64,000 nucleotides of DNA from Cyanophora paradoxa CCMP329 (GCA_004431415.1 QPMI01000439.1:437289-501288); one strand, 5' to 3'; shown: positions 27,578 to 39,605, counted from the stretch's first letter. Notes: a model not told the origin generated them from the letters alone. Program-made: numbers and translations.

Positions 27578-28229
27578 ATTTAGACCCGATTCCAGAGCCT
27601 GTGATCGTGATCAGGAGCGTGATAAGATAGGAGCGTGATCTTGTACTTTCAGGTGTATTCGTGCAGTGGATTGCAGTTGTATTTCTAGTTTGATTTCAGT
27701 GTGCCGTAGTGGCTTTCAAGAGCCTGGCGCCGGCCCGGCTGCCAGCCGCCGTCCGGCTCCATTAATATTGCTGCAGTATCCTTCCGATCACGTAGAGATC
27801 TAGAGTACATTGATTTCGTTCGTATTTGTATATTTATTGCAATAATTGTGGAGGCTGTGTCGATTTCGATTTCAGATTGATCTCGAAGTTGGTTTTTGCT
27901 AGGCAGGATGATCGAGCAGTTTGAACTAGTGCAGATGTGTTCGAAGTCTGATTAGAAGTGACAGCTGCAGATCTAGATGATAGGGATTTTTGAGCCGAGT
28001 ACGTGATCATGAGTAGTAAGAAAAGCGCACTGTAAGAAGAGAGTGCAAGCTTCAGATTAAGAATTTCGTACAATTAAAGCAGACAATTTTCGCAAGCGCA
28101 AAAACCGTAGAGCAGCGAACAGAGAAAGCGACGTCGACAATGTAACAGCTGCACTGCAGCTGGACATGATTTTAGATCTATTCATAATTATTGATTTCCG
28201 ATCCGCGGCCGGTCGATCCGTGATCGATA

Positions 28230-29376
28230 TCAGACACACTGCGGCTCCGGGGGGTACGAGAGGAGCCGGACGCTCCAGGAGTCGAAGGGGGCCGAGGCCG
28301 GGGGCGCCTCGAGGGCCGCCAGGGCGCCCAGCATCTCGGCCACGGGGCGGATGAGAAAGACGGCGTTGGCGCGGGCGTCGAAGCCGAAGGAGCGCTGCGT
28401 GTGGAGGAGCGCGCGCAGCGTGCCCCGCGTCGGCGCCGCCAGCCGCAGCGAGCAGCGGCCGGCCTCGATGAGGGGGCTGCCGCCGAGAAAGAAGCCGCCC
28501 TCCAGCTTGAGCGTCGAAATCCGCGCGAGGGTCGAGCGGATCGCCGCGAGCGGGCCCTCGATCGACCAGCCGCGCCCGTCGTTGGAGCCGGAGAGGTAGA
28601 ATCCGAGGCTGCTGCCCTTCGCCGGATGCAACGAAACGCCGAATTCGCGGCCAGCAGTGCGCAGAACGTTGCCGCCGAGCTCTCCGGCGAGCATACTGTT
28701 GCTCATAACAACGCGCACAGAAGAAGACGGCCTCGAGAATCGAGTTTCGCCGCGCTGAAGTTGCGCCGTGCTCGAGAGGAAAACGTCCGCGAAAATTCCT
28801 TCGAGAGCCGCAGCAGCGCAATTCTTCGGCACAAGCAAGTCCACAGGCTTTGTGCCGACAGTTGGAGAGAGGGCGCCAAGCCCAACGGTAATCCACTCGG
28901 GCCACACGCTCATAAAGTCGTCGCGCTTTGGAGCCTCCGCCTTTTTGACGACGAGTTTCCCGCTGCCAACTGCCAGAGACGTCAACTAGCAGTGATCTTA
29001 AACTTCAATATGTTTTTTAAAATATCAATTCGGAGTTCGAATTCGATATCGGACTTTGTGATCACGAGATCAGAGATTAATCGCGCGAACCCGTACAACC
29101 GCGCTCCTCAGCGGCTGAGACGATAAAGAGGTCCTCCCCGGTTGAGAGCGTGAGCACGCCCCCCTTGGATTTATCTGTTGGCCATTCGCTGAACTTGAAA
29201 GCGGCGACGCCCCCCGAACTCGAGAAGATGCGACGCATTTGCTGAAGGGTCGAGCGATCGGAGACTACGCCGCACTCTTCGGCGAAGCGCTCGTACGCCG
29301 CAAGCTCGTCGGGCGTGCGGATCCGGAGCTGAAAAAGGAGGCCCGGCGAGCGGAGCGCCCCCAGGAGATCGCCCAC
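28230..29376 (-). CDS. Host hypothetical protein (at least two exons; 5' exon not resolved)
   Basis: Two long coding-like ORF blocks (29077-29376 and 28230-28985) separated by an AT-rich intron-like gap. A gcag acceptor lies just upstream of 29376. Confidence 0.5.
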
Positions 29377-29648
29377 CTGCGCGACGAATATTAATGTTCA
29401 TGATTAGAGAAAGCGAGCGGGTGAGATGTTAATTCAGAAGACAGCGTCGGTGCGCCGGCCGGCGGGTTCCAAAATTCTCTTAAGCCTGATCATGAGCGCT
29501 CCCCCCCCCCCGATCCGGGCGATGCAGCGGTGTTTGCATAATTCGAAATTCCCCTTTTTCTTCGTAATCATGATCTCTCATTTTCCCTCTAGATCTCATT
29601 TCAATTCCCTTCAAATTTCGCGAAACGAAAAAATTGAGAGAAGAATAG

Positions 29649-29743
29649 ACACATATTGAAAAACGAATTTAAATCCCTCGTTCATCTCGATCGCTTCGCG
29701 ATCTCGATTCACTCTGGATTTAAATTCGTTTTTCAATATGTGT
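29649..29743. repeat. Perfect 28-bp inverted repeat with 39-nt loop near the left edge of the element
   Basis: acacatattgaaaaacgaatttaaatcc (29649-29676) / ggatttaaattcgtttttcaatatgtgt (29716-29743). Confidence 0.85.
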
Positions 29744-30054
29744 TAATTTAATACTAAAATACATATTTTTCGATTAATTTCTTAAACTTTTTATGCAAAC
29801 TTTGTATAAAATAATGCAAACTTTGTATTAAAAATGAAAACGCGTTTACCAAAATGCATATTTTCGATTAAACTTCGATAGATTCAATTGATCTTATATC
29901 GATTGATTATGTACTTTGTTGTTTACATACAAATCTGCGATAGATTAACATTAAACTGCTTAAAGATCGATATAATTGCGATTAAATTGCATAAATTCGC
30001 ATAAACTCGATATATCTCTCATGTATTGAAGTAGACCACCGCCCATTCTGTATC

Positions 30055-30321
30055 GAAAAACGCAAAAAGTGTCACAGAGTTGCATTGTGTCCAATTGAAC
30101 AATCGATGAGATTGCTGATGTACATTTTTGCACCGAAAAAGTGTCACAGAGTTGCATTATCTCCCATTAAACAATCGATTAGATTGCGGGATTTTCTATT
30201 GGAATATATCGGAACTGCATTATGTCCAATTAAACAATCGATGAGATTGCGGATTTATATTTTAGATCGAAAAAGTGTCACAGAGTTGCATGGTCTCCAA
30301 TTGAACAATCGATTAGATTGC
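30055..30321 (+). repeat. Degenerate tandem repeat, ~4 units of ~60-75 bp
   Basis: Recurrent aaaaagtgtcacagagttgcat...ccaatt(g/a)aacaatcgat(g/t)agattgc. Confidence 0.8.
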
Positions 30322-30429
30322 ATATGTTCTATAAAACAGAATAATTGAATTCAAGTGTGACAGGTAGTATTCAAATGATATTCAGTAATAGATATATTTG
30401 TTTTTGAGAAAGTCAGTAAGAGGGGTAGA

Positions 30430-30850
30430 ATGTCTGTGACAGGTGTGACAGGTGTGACAGGTGTTTTCAGAAGTCTGTCATTTTTGAAAAATTTAGAAAG
30501 TTTGAAAATAGGTGTCACACCTGTCACACCTGTCACACTCAATTAAACTACCTGTCACACCTGGTCTCCTTACCATTTTCAGTAAGACAGAAAGGTATTC
30601 ATGAAATCGACTATTGTTGGGTGGATTTTGAAGGTGTCACACCTGTCACATAGACTGTTTTCAGTAAGACAACAATAAATTCTTGAATATCTCAGTAAGA
30701 AATAGAGTCTTTTGTTAATTGGGTGTGACGGGTGTGACAGGTGTGACAGGTGTTTTCAGAAGTCTGTAATTTGTGAGAATTTTAAAAAGTTTGAAAATAG
30801 GTGTCACACCTGTCACAGGCGTCACAGTCAATTAAATAGGTGTCACACCC
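30430..30850. repeat. Two iteron-like modules: (GGTGTGACA)x3 - AT-rich spacer - (TGTCACACC)x3
   Basis: Modules at ~30430-30565 and ~30721-30850 share the spacer tail aaagtttgaaaataggtgtcacacc. Confidence 0.8.
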
Positions 30851-31008
30851 GATTATCTGACCATTTTCAGTAAGACCATCTGAAATTCTGAATTTCTCAG
30901 TGTCAACTAACTCGGAAATCGCAATACTCTATGTTTCTCCGATTTCTCCAACCCTGAAAACACACCTGTTATTCTCTCATCTATCTCATGAGATACTCTC
31001 GTTTCGCC

Positions 31009-31029
31009 AAAAATTGACAAACGATTTCC
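31009..31029 (+). promoter_or_regulatory. Candidate early promoter AAAAATTGAC-N4-GATTT; related copies at 36667, 37112, 39838 (+) and 45266-45273 (-)
   Basis: Five copies, each ~30-80 bp upstream of a non-structural gene on the same strand. Confidence 0.6.
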
Positions 31030-31049
31030 CATCATGCTGTAAAGGAAAC

Positions 31050-31304
31050 ATGCCGATTAACCAGCAGTATTACAATTACTATGGGCATTACTTCTTGATT
31101 GTCAAGAAACTCCCAGAGCATTATGAGATCTTCCAAGAGATGGGATTGCGAATTACAAGGAGATCAACCCTTTGTAGATTCTTGAAAAAGAATGGTGCTA
31201 AATGGGATAAGACAATTCGCCAATGGTATACAGAAGATCCCAAGAGTCCCTTACTTGATATTTTCGAAACAGTGAATTTGGATCAGTTTAATCATTTCCG
31301 ATAG
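31050..31304 (+). CDS. Small viral protein with DUF5710-like GAKWD...WY motif
   Basis: KKNGAKWDKTIRQWY. ATG at 31050 lies ~32 bp after AAAATTGA. Confidence 0.55.
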   Translation: MPINQQYYNYYGHYFLIVKKLPEHYEIFQEMGLRITRRSTLCRFLKKNGAKWDKTIRQWYTEDPKSPLLDIFETVNLDQFNHFR

Positions 31305-32220
31305 CCAGAAACTCCAACTGGAATGAGTTGTCAATCCCATTCATATCTACAAGATCACCATAATAATCGCGAAACTCAACTGTTAACTCTCTAATCACCA
31401 GGTTTCGATCGGTTATTTTTATGTATTCACTGTGCTCTCCACTGTGATATACATACTGCCCAATATCTTTACTTAACTGCAATCTGAGAATTGCCCCTTG
31501 ATTCTGTGGTTGTGATCTTGGGACAATATTGTGGTTTGTAGCAAATGGGGAGAGTTCTTTAATGTGCATGTATAAATACTGTTCTGCATTCATGTCTGTC
31601 ATCTTGGCTGCTTCTAACTTGTAGTTTAAGCGAGATGCCTCGAATTCATATCCTGTAAATGTTATTCCCCATTGGGGATGGTTTGGGGTGATTGGTATTC
31701 CTGCAAAATAGAGGAAATTCTCGGGAGCATATAAAGACCTTGCAGACTCTGGGAAATCGTAGTTCTGCTCTAATGAAGCGACCCAGTCAACAGAACTCAC
31801 CCCAAGAAGTTTACCCAATCTCTGTGTAGATGCTACCATCTCGAATTGAACATTACTGTAAAACTCTAATTTGTAGGAGGTAGGATTGTAGTAGACCTTG
31901 AATGCATATGTGAGATTGTTGCTCCCAGTAAATGTGAAATTCAGACCATAATTATATGGACTGGTGACCCCGAAATGCCCTTGATTAATATAACCACTTG
32001 GGAGAAGGAAGACCTGCTTGGTTTCAGAGATGCCTTGGTAGTAGAATCTGACAAGAAGGTGATCTGTTCCAATGGAGTTATAGATGCTGTTGGGGATTTC
32101 TGCATACAAAACTCGACATTCTCTTGGTTTGGTCACTGGGGTTGTGAGTGCAACTTTGTAGGAGTTTTCTATTTGTCCATCTGATCGGTCTCTGCTATCT
32201 ATATTGACCAGCCGAATCAT
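31288..32220 (-). CDS. Minor capsid (penton-like) protein 1
   Basis: N-terminal IDSRDR and AEIPNSIYN, YLYMHIKEL, and C-terminal LTVEFRDYYGDLVDMNGIDNSFQLEF, typical of PLV/NCLDV mCPs. Next to the MCP. Confidence 0.8.
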   Translation of the reverse strand: MIRLVNIDSRDRSDGQIENSYKVALTTPVTKPRECRVLYAEIPNSIYNSIGTDHLLVRFYYQGISETKQVFLLPSGYINQGHFGVTSPYNYGLNFTFTGSNNLTYAFKVYYNPTSYKLEFYSNVQFEMVASTQRLGKLLGVSSVDWVASLEQNYDFPESARSLYAPENFLYFAGIPITPNHPQWGITFTGYEFEASRLNYKLEAAKMTDMNAEQYLYMHIKELSPFATNHNIVPRSQPQNQGAILRLQLSKDIGQYVYHSGEHSEYIKITDRNLVIRELTVEFRDYYGDLVDMNGIDNSFQLEFLAIGND

Positions 32221-32248
32221 TTTAATATATGTTTATAGATAAAAGAAG

Positions 32249-33258
32249 ATGCCTGTGGATTACATCGAAGTGAGCTCTTTCAATACAATTTCGGGAGATG
32301 GACCAACTTCGAGTTTTATTGCTCGCCTCCCAAGCACCTATGAATTTGTGAGAGCAGTAAGACTGGTTTCAGCAGAATTCTATAACAGCATTCCCATGGT
32401 GAGTGGTGAAACCAAAGTAGGAGATGTGACAATAGATAATGCAATCTACCTTTATTGGTCTGAATATTATTCTGGTGCAGGAAGCACTGGTATTCCAACT
32501 GATCGACCTGCTGCCGATTATGAGCAATGGAAGCACATTGTGATAAGTCGCAGCACACCCATTCAAAACCACCAACAACTGGTGAATGTAATTAACTCCA
32601 AACTTGCATTGAGAGAGCCACCAGTAGCAATTCGCTGTAAATGGGATGATACACTGAAACGAGTAATATTCCATTCCACCATACCGTTTTACCTGGCTTT
32701 CTCAACTGCAATAAACCCAACCCAGGCGCAGATTCAGAGGTTTTTGAGTTCTGCTCGACTGCTTGGTCTTGATCCTGGGAGATATGGTAACACCCCAATC
32801 CAATCACAAGTTTATAATACTCTGACTGATGGTATCTTTACTGGGTCGATGGTGCATGGTATCATATCTTCATTTGAACCTGAAAAGACCAGGGATAGTG
32901 TTCTGTTTGTGAGAGTAAAGGAGTTGGGTGATCTGGTTCAATGTGGTGATGGTCTCCTCACGGATATTTCCACAAAATCGTTGTTCCAGATAAAGATTAT
33001 GGTGAGCATGTCGTTTATAATTCGACAGAAGCCCATCCGATTTATAAATACTATAACAAGAATCTGGGACTTTCCACATTTTCGGTTGATATTGTGAATG
33101 CAGTTAATGAACCAATTGATTTCGAGGGTCAACCTGTCCACCTCACCTTCGAAATTCGATATGGTGATGAACCTGCTGGTGATCCTGTGTACGAATACTT
33201 CAAGAGGAGAATGGCGGAAACACATCCATCTTATCCGGTTATTGCGAATTTTGCGTAA
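32249..33258 (+). CDS. Minor capsid (penton-like) protein 2, one frameshift near 32990
   Basis: RLVSAEFYNSIP and LFVRVKEL. The shifted frame continues DYGEHVVYNS...FSVDIVNAVNEPIDFEGQPVHLTFEI...NFA*, which aligns with the mCP1 C-terminus. Confidence 0.72.
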
Positions 33259-33312
33259 AATCAAGGATCATTGGTGAATTTTTTATGTTGCAGTATAATA
33301 AAAGAGATAATC

Positions 33313-34686
33313 ATGGATATTACTTCGACCCTCCAACGTCTTTCTCTGAAAGAAGCTCTAACAACCCCGGAAGAAGCCAAGGCGTTCTTCTTGGACAACT
33401 CTCTCATGCTTGGTCTTGAATCCAAGTCGAAGCCAGTTCTTGTTGTTGTGAACCCAAGCAACACTTTCGAGAATAATGCTGGAAATCGCATTTCTTTCAA
33501 GCTCCCTCGCTACAATTTCTGTGGAAAACTCGAACTTGCGTTTGACCTTCCAGCTGTCACTTTTGCTGGTGATACCGACCTTGTTCGCAATGGATACGTT
33601 CGCCCAGTTGGTGCTCTTGTCTCTCGACTTGAAATTACCTATGGATCTTACACCTTCCATGTGCCTTCTGATTTCCTTGCTCATTTCCCTCTTATCTATT
33701 ACAGTGAGGATCAACTCGCCAAGAAGAAGCGTTCAATGGGAATGGTTCATGGTATCCCTGCCCATGGAACCAACCGACTTGGTGGGTCATTTTTCACTGA
33801 AATCCCAGTCCCATGGCTAAACCACTACCTACCTCTTGGTGCTCTCTCAGGAGAAATGGTGGTAACTGTCTGGTTCAAGGATGCTGGAAAGGGTTATGTT
33901 GAGACTTCTTATGGTGGTCGTGCTCTTCCTGTTGTTGGTGGAACAGCTGCTGATAAGACAGAGGATGATGGACTTGGTGCTACTGCTAATGCTACTCTTG
34001 CCCATGTTGGTCAACAAATCACCACTTTTGGAATTGGTGCAACAACAACCCCCGAAATTAAAGTCACTTCTCCTCGTCTTTACATGCATGCTATTAATGT
34101 TTCTGATGAACTGTTTGCTACTGTCATTGAGAAGGTGAAGACCACTGGTATGGCTATTCCTGCTCTGGATATTGGTTTTGTTGACAGTGTCAATTTTGCT
34201 GCAAAAGGCAATGCTCAACCAAATCGTATTAACCTGTCACAGATCTCTGGTCTTGTCTATGGTCTTCTTGTTTCAGTTCGTGATGCCGCAGGTATTGATG
34301 GTTTCAATGGTTCCCACAGTGTCCTAAAAACGCATGCTAACTCAAAAGACATTACTTTCACTGTTGAAATTAATGGTCAACGTCTCTATGCTACTGAGCC
34401 CATCCCTCTCCTCAAAGGTGCCGAATTAATTGCGGATGCCTTCAAGTGCTCAAATATGGACAAGGTTGCAGACAAATATGTCCTCAGTGGTCTACCATTC
34501 TGTGTTGATGGAGAGAAAGCGATTCGCAACATTGCCCAGTCTGGCTATGTTGATCTCACGAACTCCTCCTCTTCTTTCCTTACTCTATACATGCCTTCTG
34601 ACCAGACAATCACAGTTAATGTTCGTGCTCTCATGCACAGTTTCATTATTGTTGACAAAGATGGTCTTCGTCGCATTAATCTGTAA
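33313..34686 (+). CDS. Double-jelly-roll major capsid protein
   Basis: Intact ~457-aa beta-rich ORF with N-terminal GNRISFKLPR and GALVSRLEITYG. Lies between the mCPs and the packaging ATPase. Confidence 0.78.
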   Translation: MDITSTLQRLSLKEALTTPEEAKAFFLDNSLMLGLESKSKPVLVVVNPSNTFENNAGNRISFKLPRYNFCGKLELAFDLPAVTFAGDTDLVRNGYVRPVGALVSRLEITYGSYTFHVPSDFLAHFPLIYYSEDQLAKKKRSMGMVHGIPAHGTNRLGGSFFTEIPVPWLNHYLPLGALSGEMVVTVWFKDAGKGYVETSYGGRALPVVGGTAADKTEDDGLGATANATLAHVGQQITTFGIGATTTPEIKVTSPRLYMHAINVSDELFATVIEKVKTTGMAIPALDIGFVDSVNFAAKGNAQPNRINLSQISGLVYGLLVSVRDAAGIDGFNGSHSVLKTHANSKDITFTVEINGQRLYATEPIPLLKGAELIADAFKCSNMDKVADKYVLSGLPFCVDGEKAIRNIAQSGYVDLTNSSSSFLTLYMPSDQTITVNVRALMHSFIIVDKDGLRRINL

Positions 34687-34748
34687 AACCATTATCAGTA
34701 ACGTTTCGTTATTTTTATCTATCTTTAATAAGAAAGATCTACAAAGCC

Positions 34749-35531
34749 ATGTCTGACGTTCCCGAATTTAATGCTGCTGAGATGATTAAACCCCCTTTTC
34801 GCGTATTAGCAATCGGAAAAAGCGCGACGGGCAAGTCAGAAGCCGTAAAATATTGGCTAAAACAACTTCACGATGCGAAAAAGTTAGATGTTGTTCTTGT
34901 TATAAGTGGGACATCATTCAATCATTTTTGGGATGATGTCGCAACATTACAGCTCGGTAAATGGGATGCGCCTTACATCGCTAAACTTCTCGATGAAAGA
35001 CAAGAGAAAATTGAGAAAGGAGAACCCGTTAATCAATTATGTGTTGTTCTCGATGATCTTATAGACAATGAGATTGTAGACCTTACCCGTGATAAAATTA
35101 TTGGATCTCTGTATTCGCGCGGCCGCCACTCGGCGATTACAATTTTCTGCATAACTCAGAAACTGCGTAAGGTTTCTTCAACCATTCGCGTCAATTCGGA
35201 TTATGCAATGTTCCTCAGTGCCGCCAATCGCAAAGAACTGGAAGCCATTGAAGAAGAATACAATATCATGCGGGATAAAGACGCTTTCTATAAGATGTTT
35301 GAGGAATACGTTCACTCCTATCAGTTTCTCATTTGGAGTTCTGCGAATTATTCGGTGGAATACTACGTTGATAAAGCGGAACTCGTTAAAGACTTTAAGT
35401 TTCCTCGGTTCCACAGGAAGCCCAAAAAGAAAGAGGACGAATTACCACCTCCACAGAAAGAGGAAGCCCCCAAAGAGGTCAAGAGTGGTGTTCATTCGAA
35501 TAAACTGATGCGATATAAGAGAGGTTTATAA
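34749..35531 (+). CDS. A32-like (FtsK-HerA) genome packaging ATPase
   Basis: Walker A GKSATGKS, Walker B VVLDD, SRGRH..ITIFCITQ and IRVNSDY. Confidence 0.95.
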   Translation: MSDVPEFNAAEMIKPPFRVLAIGKSATGKSEAVKYWLKQLHDAKKLDVVLVISGTSFNHFWDDVATLQLGKWDAPYIAKLLDERQEKIEKGEPVNQLCVVLDDLIDNEIVDLTRDKIIGSLYSRGRHSAITIFCITQKLRKVSSTIRVNSDYAMFLSAANRKELEAIEEEYNIMRDKDAFYKMFEEYVHSYQFLIWSSANYSVEYYVDKAELVKDFKFPRFHRKPKKKEDELPPPQKEEAPKEVKSGVHSNKLMRYKRGL

Positions 35532-35559
35532 AATAATCTCTGCTTCTAATAAATATACA

Positions 35560-36294
35560 ATGCCTTCCAAACGCAAAGTTGGTGTTGCTGCTGGTGCTAT
35601 GTCATATTCTGCATCCTCTGGAACCGGTTCTATTAACACAGAGCCCATGAAATTCAATGGTGTCAATGAAGTTAAAGCATCACAGCAACAAGAAGATCCC
35701 CTCAATGCTGCTTACGAAGAATCACCAGATGATAAAGCTCCCCAAGCTTCCACAAGTGACCAGTTGAATATTTCGCCCGAAACCTCTAAGATGAAGGCAG
35801 TTGGTGAAGGTGCTCGTCGAATTATTGGTGCTGCTGATGACAAAGGACTGGGTCTCCAAGATCTGTCCCTTGCTCGCAAAGGTGAAGGTGTATCCAAAGA
35901 ATCAGACAAGGTAATTCAATCCATGGCTGGTGAGGTAACCTACAAGGTCGCACCTACACAGAATATCCATCGAATTCCCAAAGCCCAATGGGACGAAATG
36001 ACTGCGAAACTTAAAGATCTGGAAGCGAAATCCAGTGCTCTTGAACAGTATGTCTCTGAGAAGAAAGAGAGAGCGAAATTAAAGGAGATGCTGCGAAAGG
36101 AGGTGTATAGAATGGGAATCACTGGTCTCCCAGATAAGCAGTTCATTGGTAAGAAAGAGACTCAAATTGATGAGCAGGCAGTTGATGAGATGAAGACCAA
36201 AACCCAGAAGGGCACCATTGAACCTGGTGCTACCAAATCAGAGGTCGATAAAGGTGTTGCCCCAACAGTATATAAACGACGAGTTTGGCTTTAA
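35560..36294 (+). CDS. Viral hypothetical protein, Lys/Glu-rich with a coiled coil
   Basis: Intact 244-aa ORF in the structural block; heptad-like segment EMTAKLKDLEAKSSALEQYV. Confidence 0.7.
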   Translation: MPSKRKVGVAAGAMSYSASSGTGSINTEPMKFNGVNEVKASQQQEDPLNAAYEESPDDKAPQASTSDQLNISPETSKMKAVGEGARRIIGAADDKGLGLQDLSLARKGEGVSKESDKVIQSMAGEVTYKVAPTQNIHRIPKAQWDEMTAKLKDLEAKSSALEQYVSEKKERAKLKEMLRKEVYRMGITGLPDKQFIGKKETQIDEQAVDEMKTKTQKGTIEPGATKSEVDKGVAPTVYKRRVWL

Positions 36295-36321
36295 TTATCT
36301 CGCATTAAGAGAGAGAGCATC

Positions 36322-36555
36322 ATGGATTTCTTGCGAAAACTCATAGAGATGTTCAATCTCCACATTGTGAGCAATTGTCACAGTGGCTGCTGTGAAACCA
36401 AAGTCGAAATCGAATTCTCTGACACTGAGAGTCATGGATCTGGTGGTAGGCGATTATCCACAGATTCGGTGGATTTCGAAGAGCATATTAAAACAGAGAC
36501 AGTGAGGCGCAGGTCTGTATCTTTCACAGATCCGAAATTAAATCTCGGTAATTAA
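36322..36555 (+). CDS. Small viral hypothetical protein
   Basis: 77-aa ORF tightly packed between neighbours. Confidence 0.5.
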   Translation: MDFLRKLIEMFNLHIVSNCHSGCCETKVEIEFSDTESHGSGGRRLSTDSVDFEEHIKTETVRRRSVSFTDPKLNLGN

Positions 36556-36755
36556 TATCGAATGCTCAGTCTCTCTGAGATCTATGCTATCCTTGAAAGG
36601 AAATCCGCTGAATATGCAACAGAAGCCGCAATAAAAAAGCGTAGACAGGAACTGGTCTCGATCTGCAAAAAATGACAAGGGATTTAAGGGTAAGGTGTGT
36701 TTGATTGGTGAACCGGACAAATTATTTTCTCGTCCCATTATAAGGAACATATCAA

Positions 36756-36983
36756 ATGGAAACTGAATCTGTGGTCGAATTCGAACTTGCAATGAGCGAG
36801 GTGGATCCCAATGAGAGGAAAAGGTTGTATGACCGCTTGTATTTCCAGAAACGCTATCAAGATGAGGAATTTCGAGAATTATATCGTAAAAAGGCACTGG
36901 AACGATATTATCGCAGGAAAGCTGCTGAGATGGATCCCAATAATCCAGTGAAACGCCCAGTAGGTCGTCCCAGAAAATACTGA
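36756..36983 (+). CDS. Small basic protein with C-terminal AT-hook
   Basis: Ends KRPVGRPRKY; basic helix ERYYRRK. Confidence 0.65.
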   Translation: METESVVEFELAMSEVDPNERKRLYDRLYFQKRYQDEEFRELYRKKALERYYRRKAAEMDPNNPVKRPVGRPRKY

Positions 36984-37177
36984 ACCGCCCCCAAAGTCCC
37001 AGATATCCGCTGAATCCTTTTTGTTACCATGATCAATCGACTTTTCGATGGATCATTACCATACATCGAGCGCCAATCGGAGAACCCAAAGGTATTTAAA
37101 GGTTAGGCGCCAAAAAATGACAAGCGACCGGAGAAATTAATTTCTCCATTAAGGATAAGAAGCCCCCGATTGTTGAA

Positions 37178-39540
37178 ATGAACGCTGCCGCCAAGAAATC
37201 CCTGAAACGCCTTGTTGAATGGCTTCGTGAAGACGATGTCCTGTCTGAGAATATCGTTATTCCTGTTGATCCTGATACCAAAAAGCCACTTTTCGCTCAT
37301 AAAGACGGAACCTGGTCTTGGGATAAATTCGATGAAGCCCTGAAATCCGGTAAATATACTGCTTGGGGCATTCTCGCTCGTAATATCCTGGTAATTGACT
37401 TCGACCAAGAGGAGGATTTCGCCAAATTCGAGGAGCAATTCCCTGATGATTTCGGTGGTGTTAATCCTCTTGCTAAAACCAAAAAAGGATATCATGCATT
37501 CTTCGCTCGACCTGCTGAATTCGACACCATTAAGATCTGGGATAAAGCGGGTGCATTCAAAGGAAACCCCAAGATCGACTGCAAAACGATTGCATCCACT
37601 GGGACTGCTGGGGTGATTAATGTTTGCCCAGTCCCAACAAAACATGGATCAGAGAGCCATGGGCATCTGAGTGTGAGTTAAATGAACCCACTGCTGAGTT
37701 GCAAAAGTGGATTGTTGAAAACTACGAATTCCCCAAAGGTGCACATTCTTATTATGCAAGGTGCGCTGAGGAGAATTTGCAGAAACATATTCTTTCTAAA
37801 CTCGAAGAATTCGGTTTCATCTTGCCCACAATCATCAATGAGACCAAGATGGGATACAATTTCACTGCTGAGAACAAAGGTCTGGTCTGTCCCTGCTGCA
37901 AGGGAAGCCATGACTCAAACAATTGGTATATTATTCAAGGGAAGGAGAAAGACAAGTACATTGTTTCGAGTTACAGTGCAAACTGCAAGAAGCGAAGCAT
38001 CACTGTTCGTGTGAAGGAAGAGACAGATGTGAAGATCGAAAATCTGATTGATCGGTCTGCTGGATCTGATGGTGCCCATTATGATGTTGCACAGGTTGCC
38101 TATCTTGTTCTGCAAGACAAATACAAGTATTCCAACAAGACCTGGTTCAAGTTCAATGATATATGTGGGATTTGGGAGTTGGATGAAACTGGGAAGCGAA
38201 TCTTTCTCTGTTTGAGCTGCAAGGTCTGTCCAGTTTATCTTCAACGTTCTGTTCAACTCGCACAGAGAGCTCTTCGTGATGAAGAGAACCGCAATTCCTT
38301 GGAGGAAAGGTCAAAGATTCTGCTGGGAATTGCTAAGAGCCTCAAACAGACTACATACAGAACTGCACTTATGTCTGATCTTTCAGTTCTGTTCAGTGAC
38401 AAGACCTTTTTCGAGAGACTTGATACTGTTCCCAACATCATAGGATTCACAAATGGTGTATTTGACTTGAACTCCATGACTTTTCGACAGGGACTCCCAG
38501 ATGATATGGTGAGCAAGACTGTTGGCTACGATTATACCACAGAAATCGACCAAGAGAAGGTTGCAAAGATTAAGTCCATCTATGCAGATATTATTGAATC
38601 GGATACAGACCGCGAATTTATGTTGGGATTAATCGCCTATGCCCTGAGTGGTTTGACAGAAAATCAGAGATACACTTGTTGGACTGGAATTGGAGCAAAT
38701 GGGAAATCTCTGCTCCAAGAGTTGGTGAAAGACACATTTGGTGAATACTATGGGTCACTGGATATGACCTATTGGACGAAACCCAAGAAGAGTTCATCAG
38801 AGGCTTCCCCAGAACTCGCTTGCATCCTTGGTAAACGAATTGTTTTCAGTAATGAAGCAGAAGATGGTGATATGCTTCAACTGAACAAAATCAAACAAGT
38901 TACTGGTGGGAATGAGATGAAGGTTCGAACTCTATTCAAAGATCTTGTAACATTCATTCCCATGTTCCAGTTGTTCTTGTCTACAAATGACAATCTGGGA
39001 ATCAGTAAACCAGATGCAGCAATCCAAAGGCGAATTATCTACTACCGATTCGAAAATGTCTTCAAGGTGGAACCTCAACCTGGTGAGAAGAAGGCAGACA
39101 CCACTCTCATGCGCCTCATGAAGAATGATGATGATTATAAAATGGCGCATATGTCCATTCTCCTGGAAATGTGGAGAACCCATTCTCTCAATACATTCGT
39201 CACCAAACCTCCCCAGTCCATTGTTGATCAAGGTATGGAGTATTTCAATGAGAATGACAAGATTGGAGAGTGGATTCGAGAGAATTATGAACTCACCAAG
39301 AGTCAAGGCGATTTCACTACAAGTGAGTCCATCATGAGTGACTTCAAGAGAGACCACATGGGCAAATCTGATGAGAAAATCTCAGATTGCACCATTATGA
39401 AGAGACTTCGCGAAGTCTTTAATGTGAAGTCTGACAGAAAACGAGTGAATGGTGTACTTTGCCGTGGTTACTTTGGGATCATAAAGAAGCATGGTCGCAG
39501 ATTGATGGATGACAGTGATGAGGAGGTTGGGGATGAGTAA
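37178..39540 (+). CDS. Bifunctional primase-polymerase (Prim-Pol/AEP) + Zn module + D5-like SF3 helicase; frameshift near 37628
   Basis: AEP motifs LVIDFD, TKKGYHAFF and IDCKT; CPCCKGSH; IGFTNGVFDL; Walker A GIGANGKS; VFSNE; IKQVTGG; LSTND; AIQRR. Confidence 0.92.
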
Positions 39541-39605
39541 ATAAAACGGAATCAATACTTATACTGTGAATTTCTAATTTTTTAAAACCCTTACTGTAAA
39601 TGGTT

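Noticed and set aside
109-29000. Numerous long Arg/Pro/Gly-rich ORFs on both strands
   Set aside because: Expected shadow ORFs in very GC-rich DNA; they overlap the spliced genes and lack family motifs.
30351-30542. ORF with VTGVTGVT/TPVTPVTP repeats
   Set aside because: Translation artefact of the 9-bp iteron arrays.
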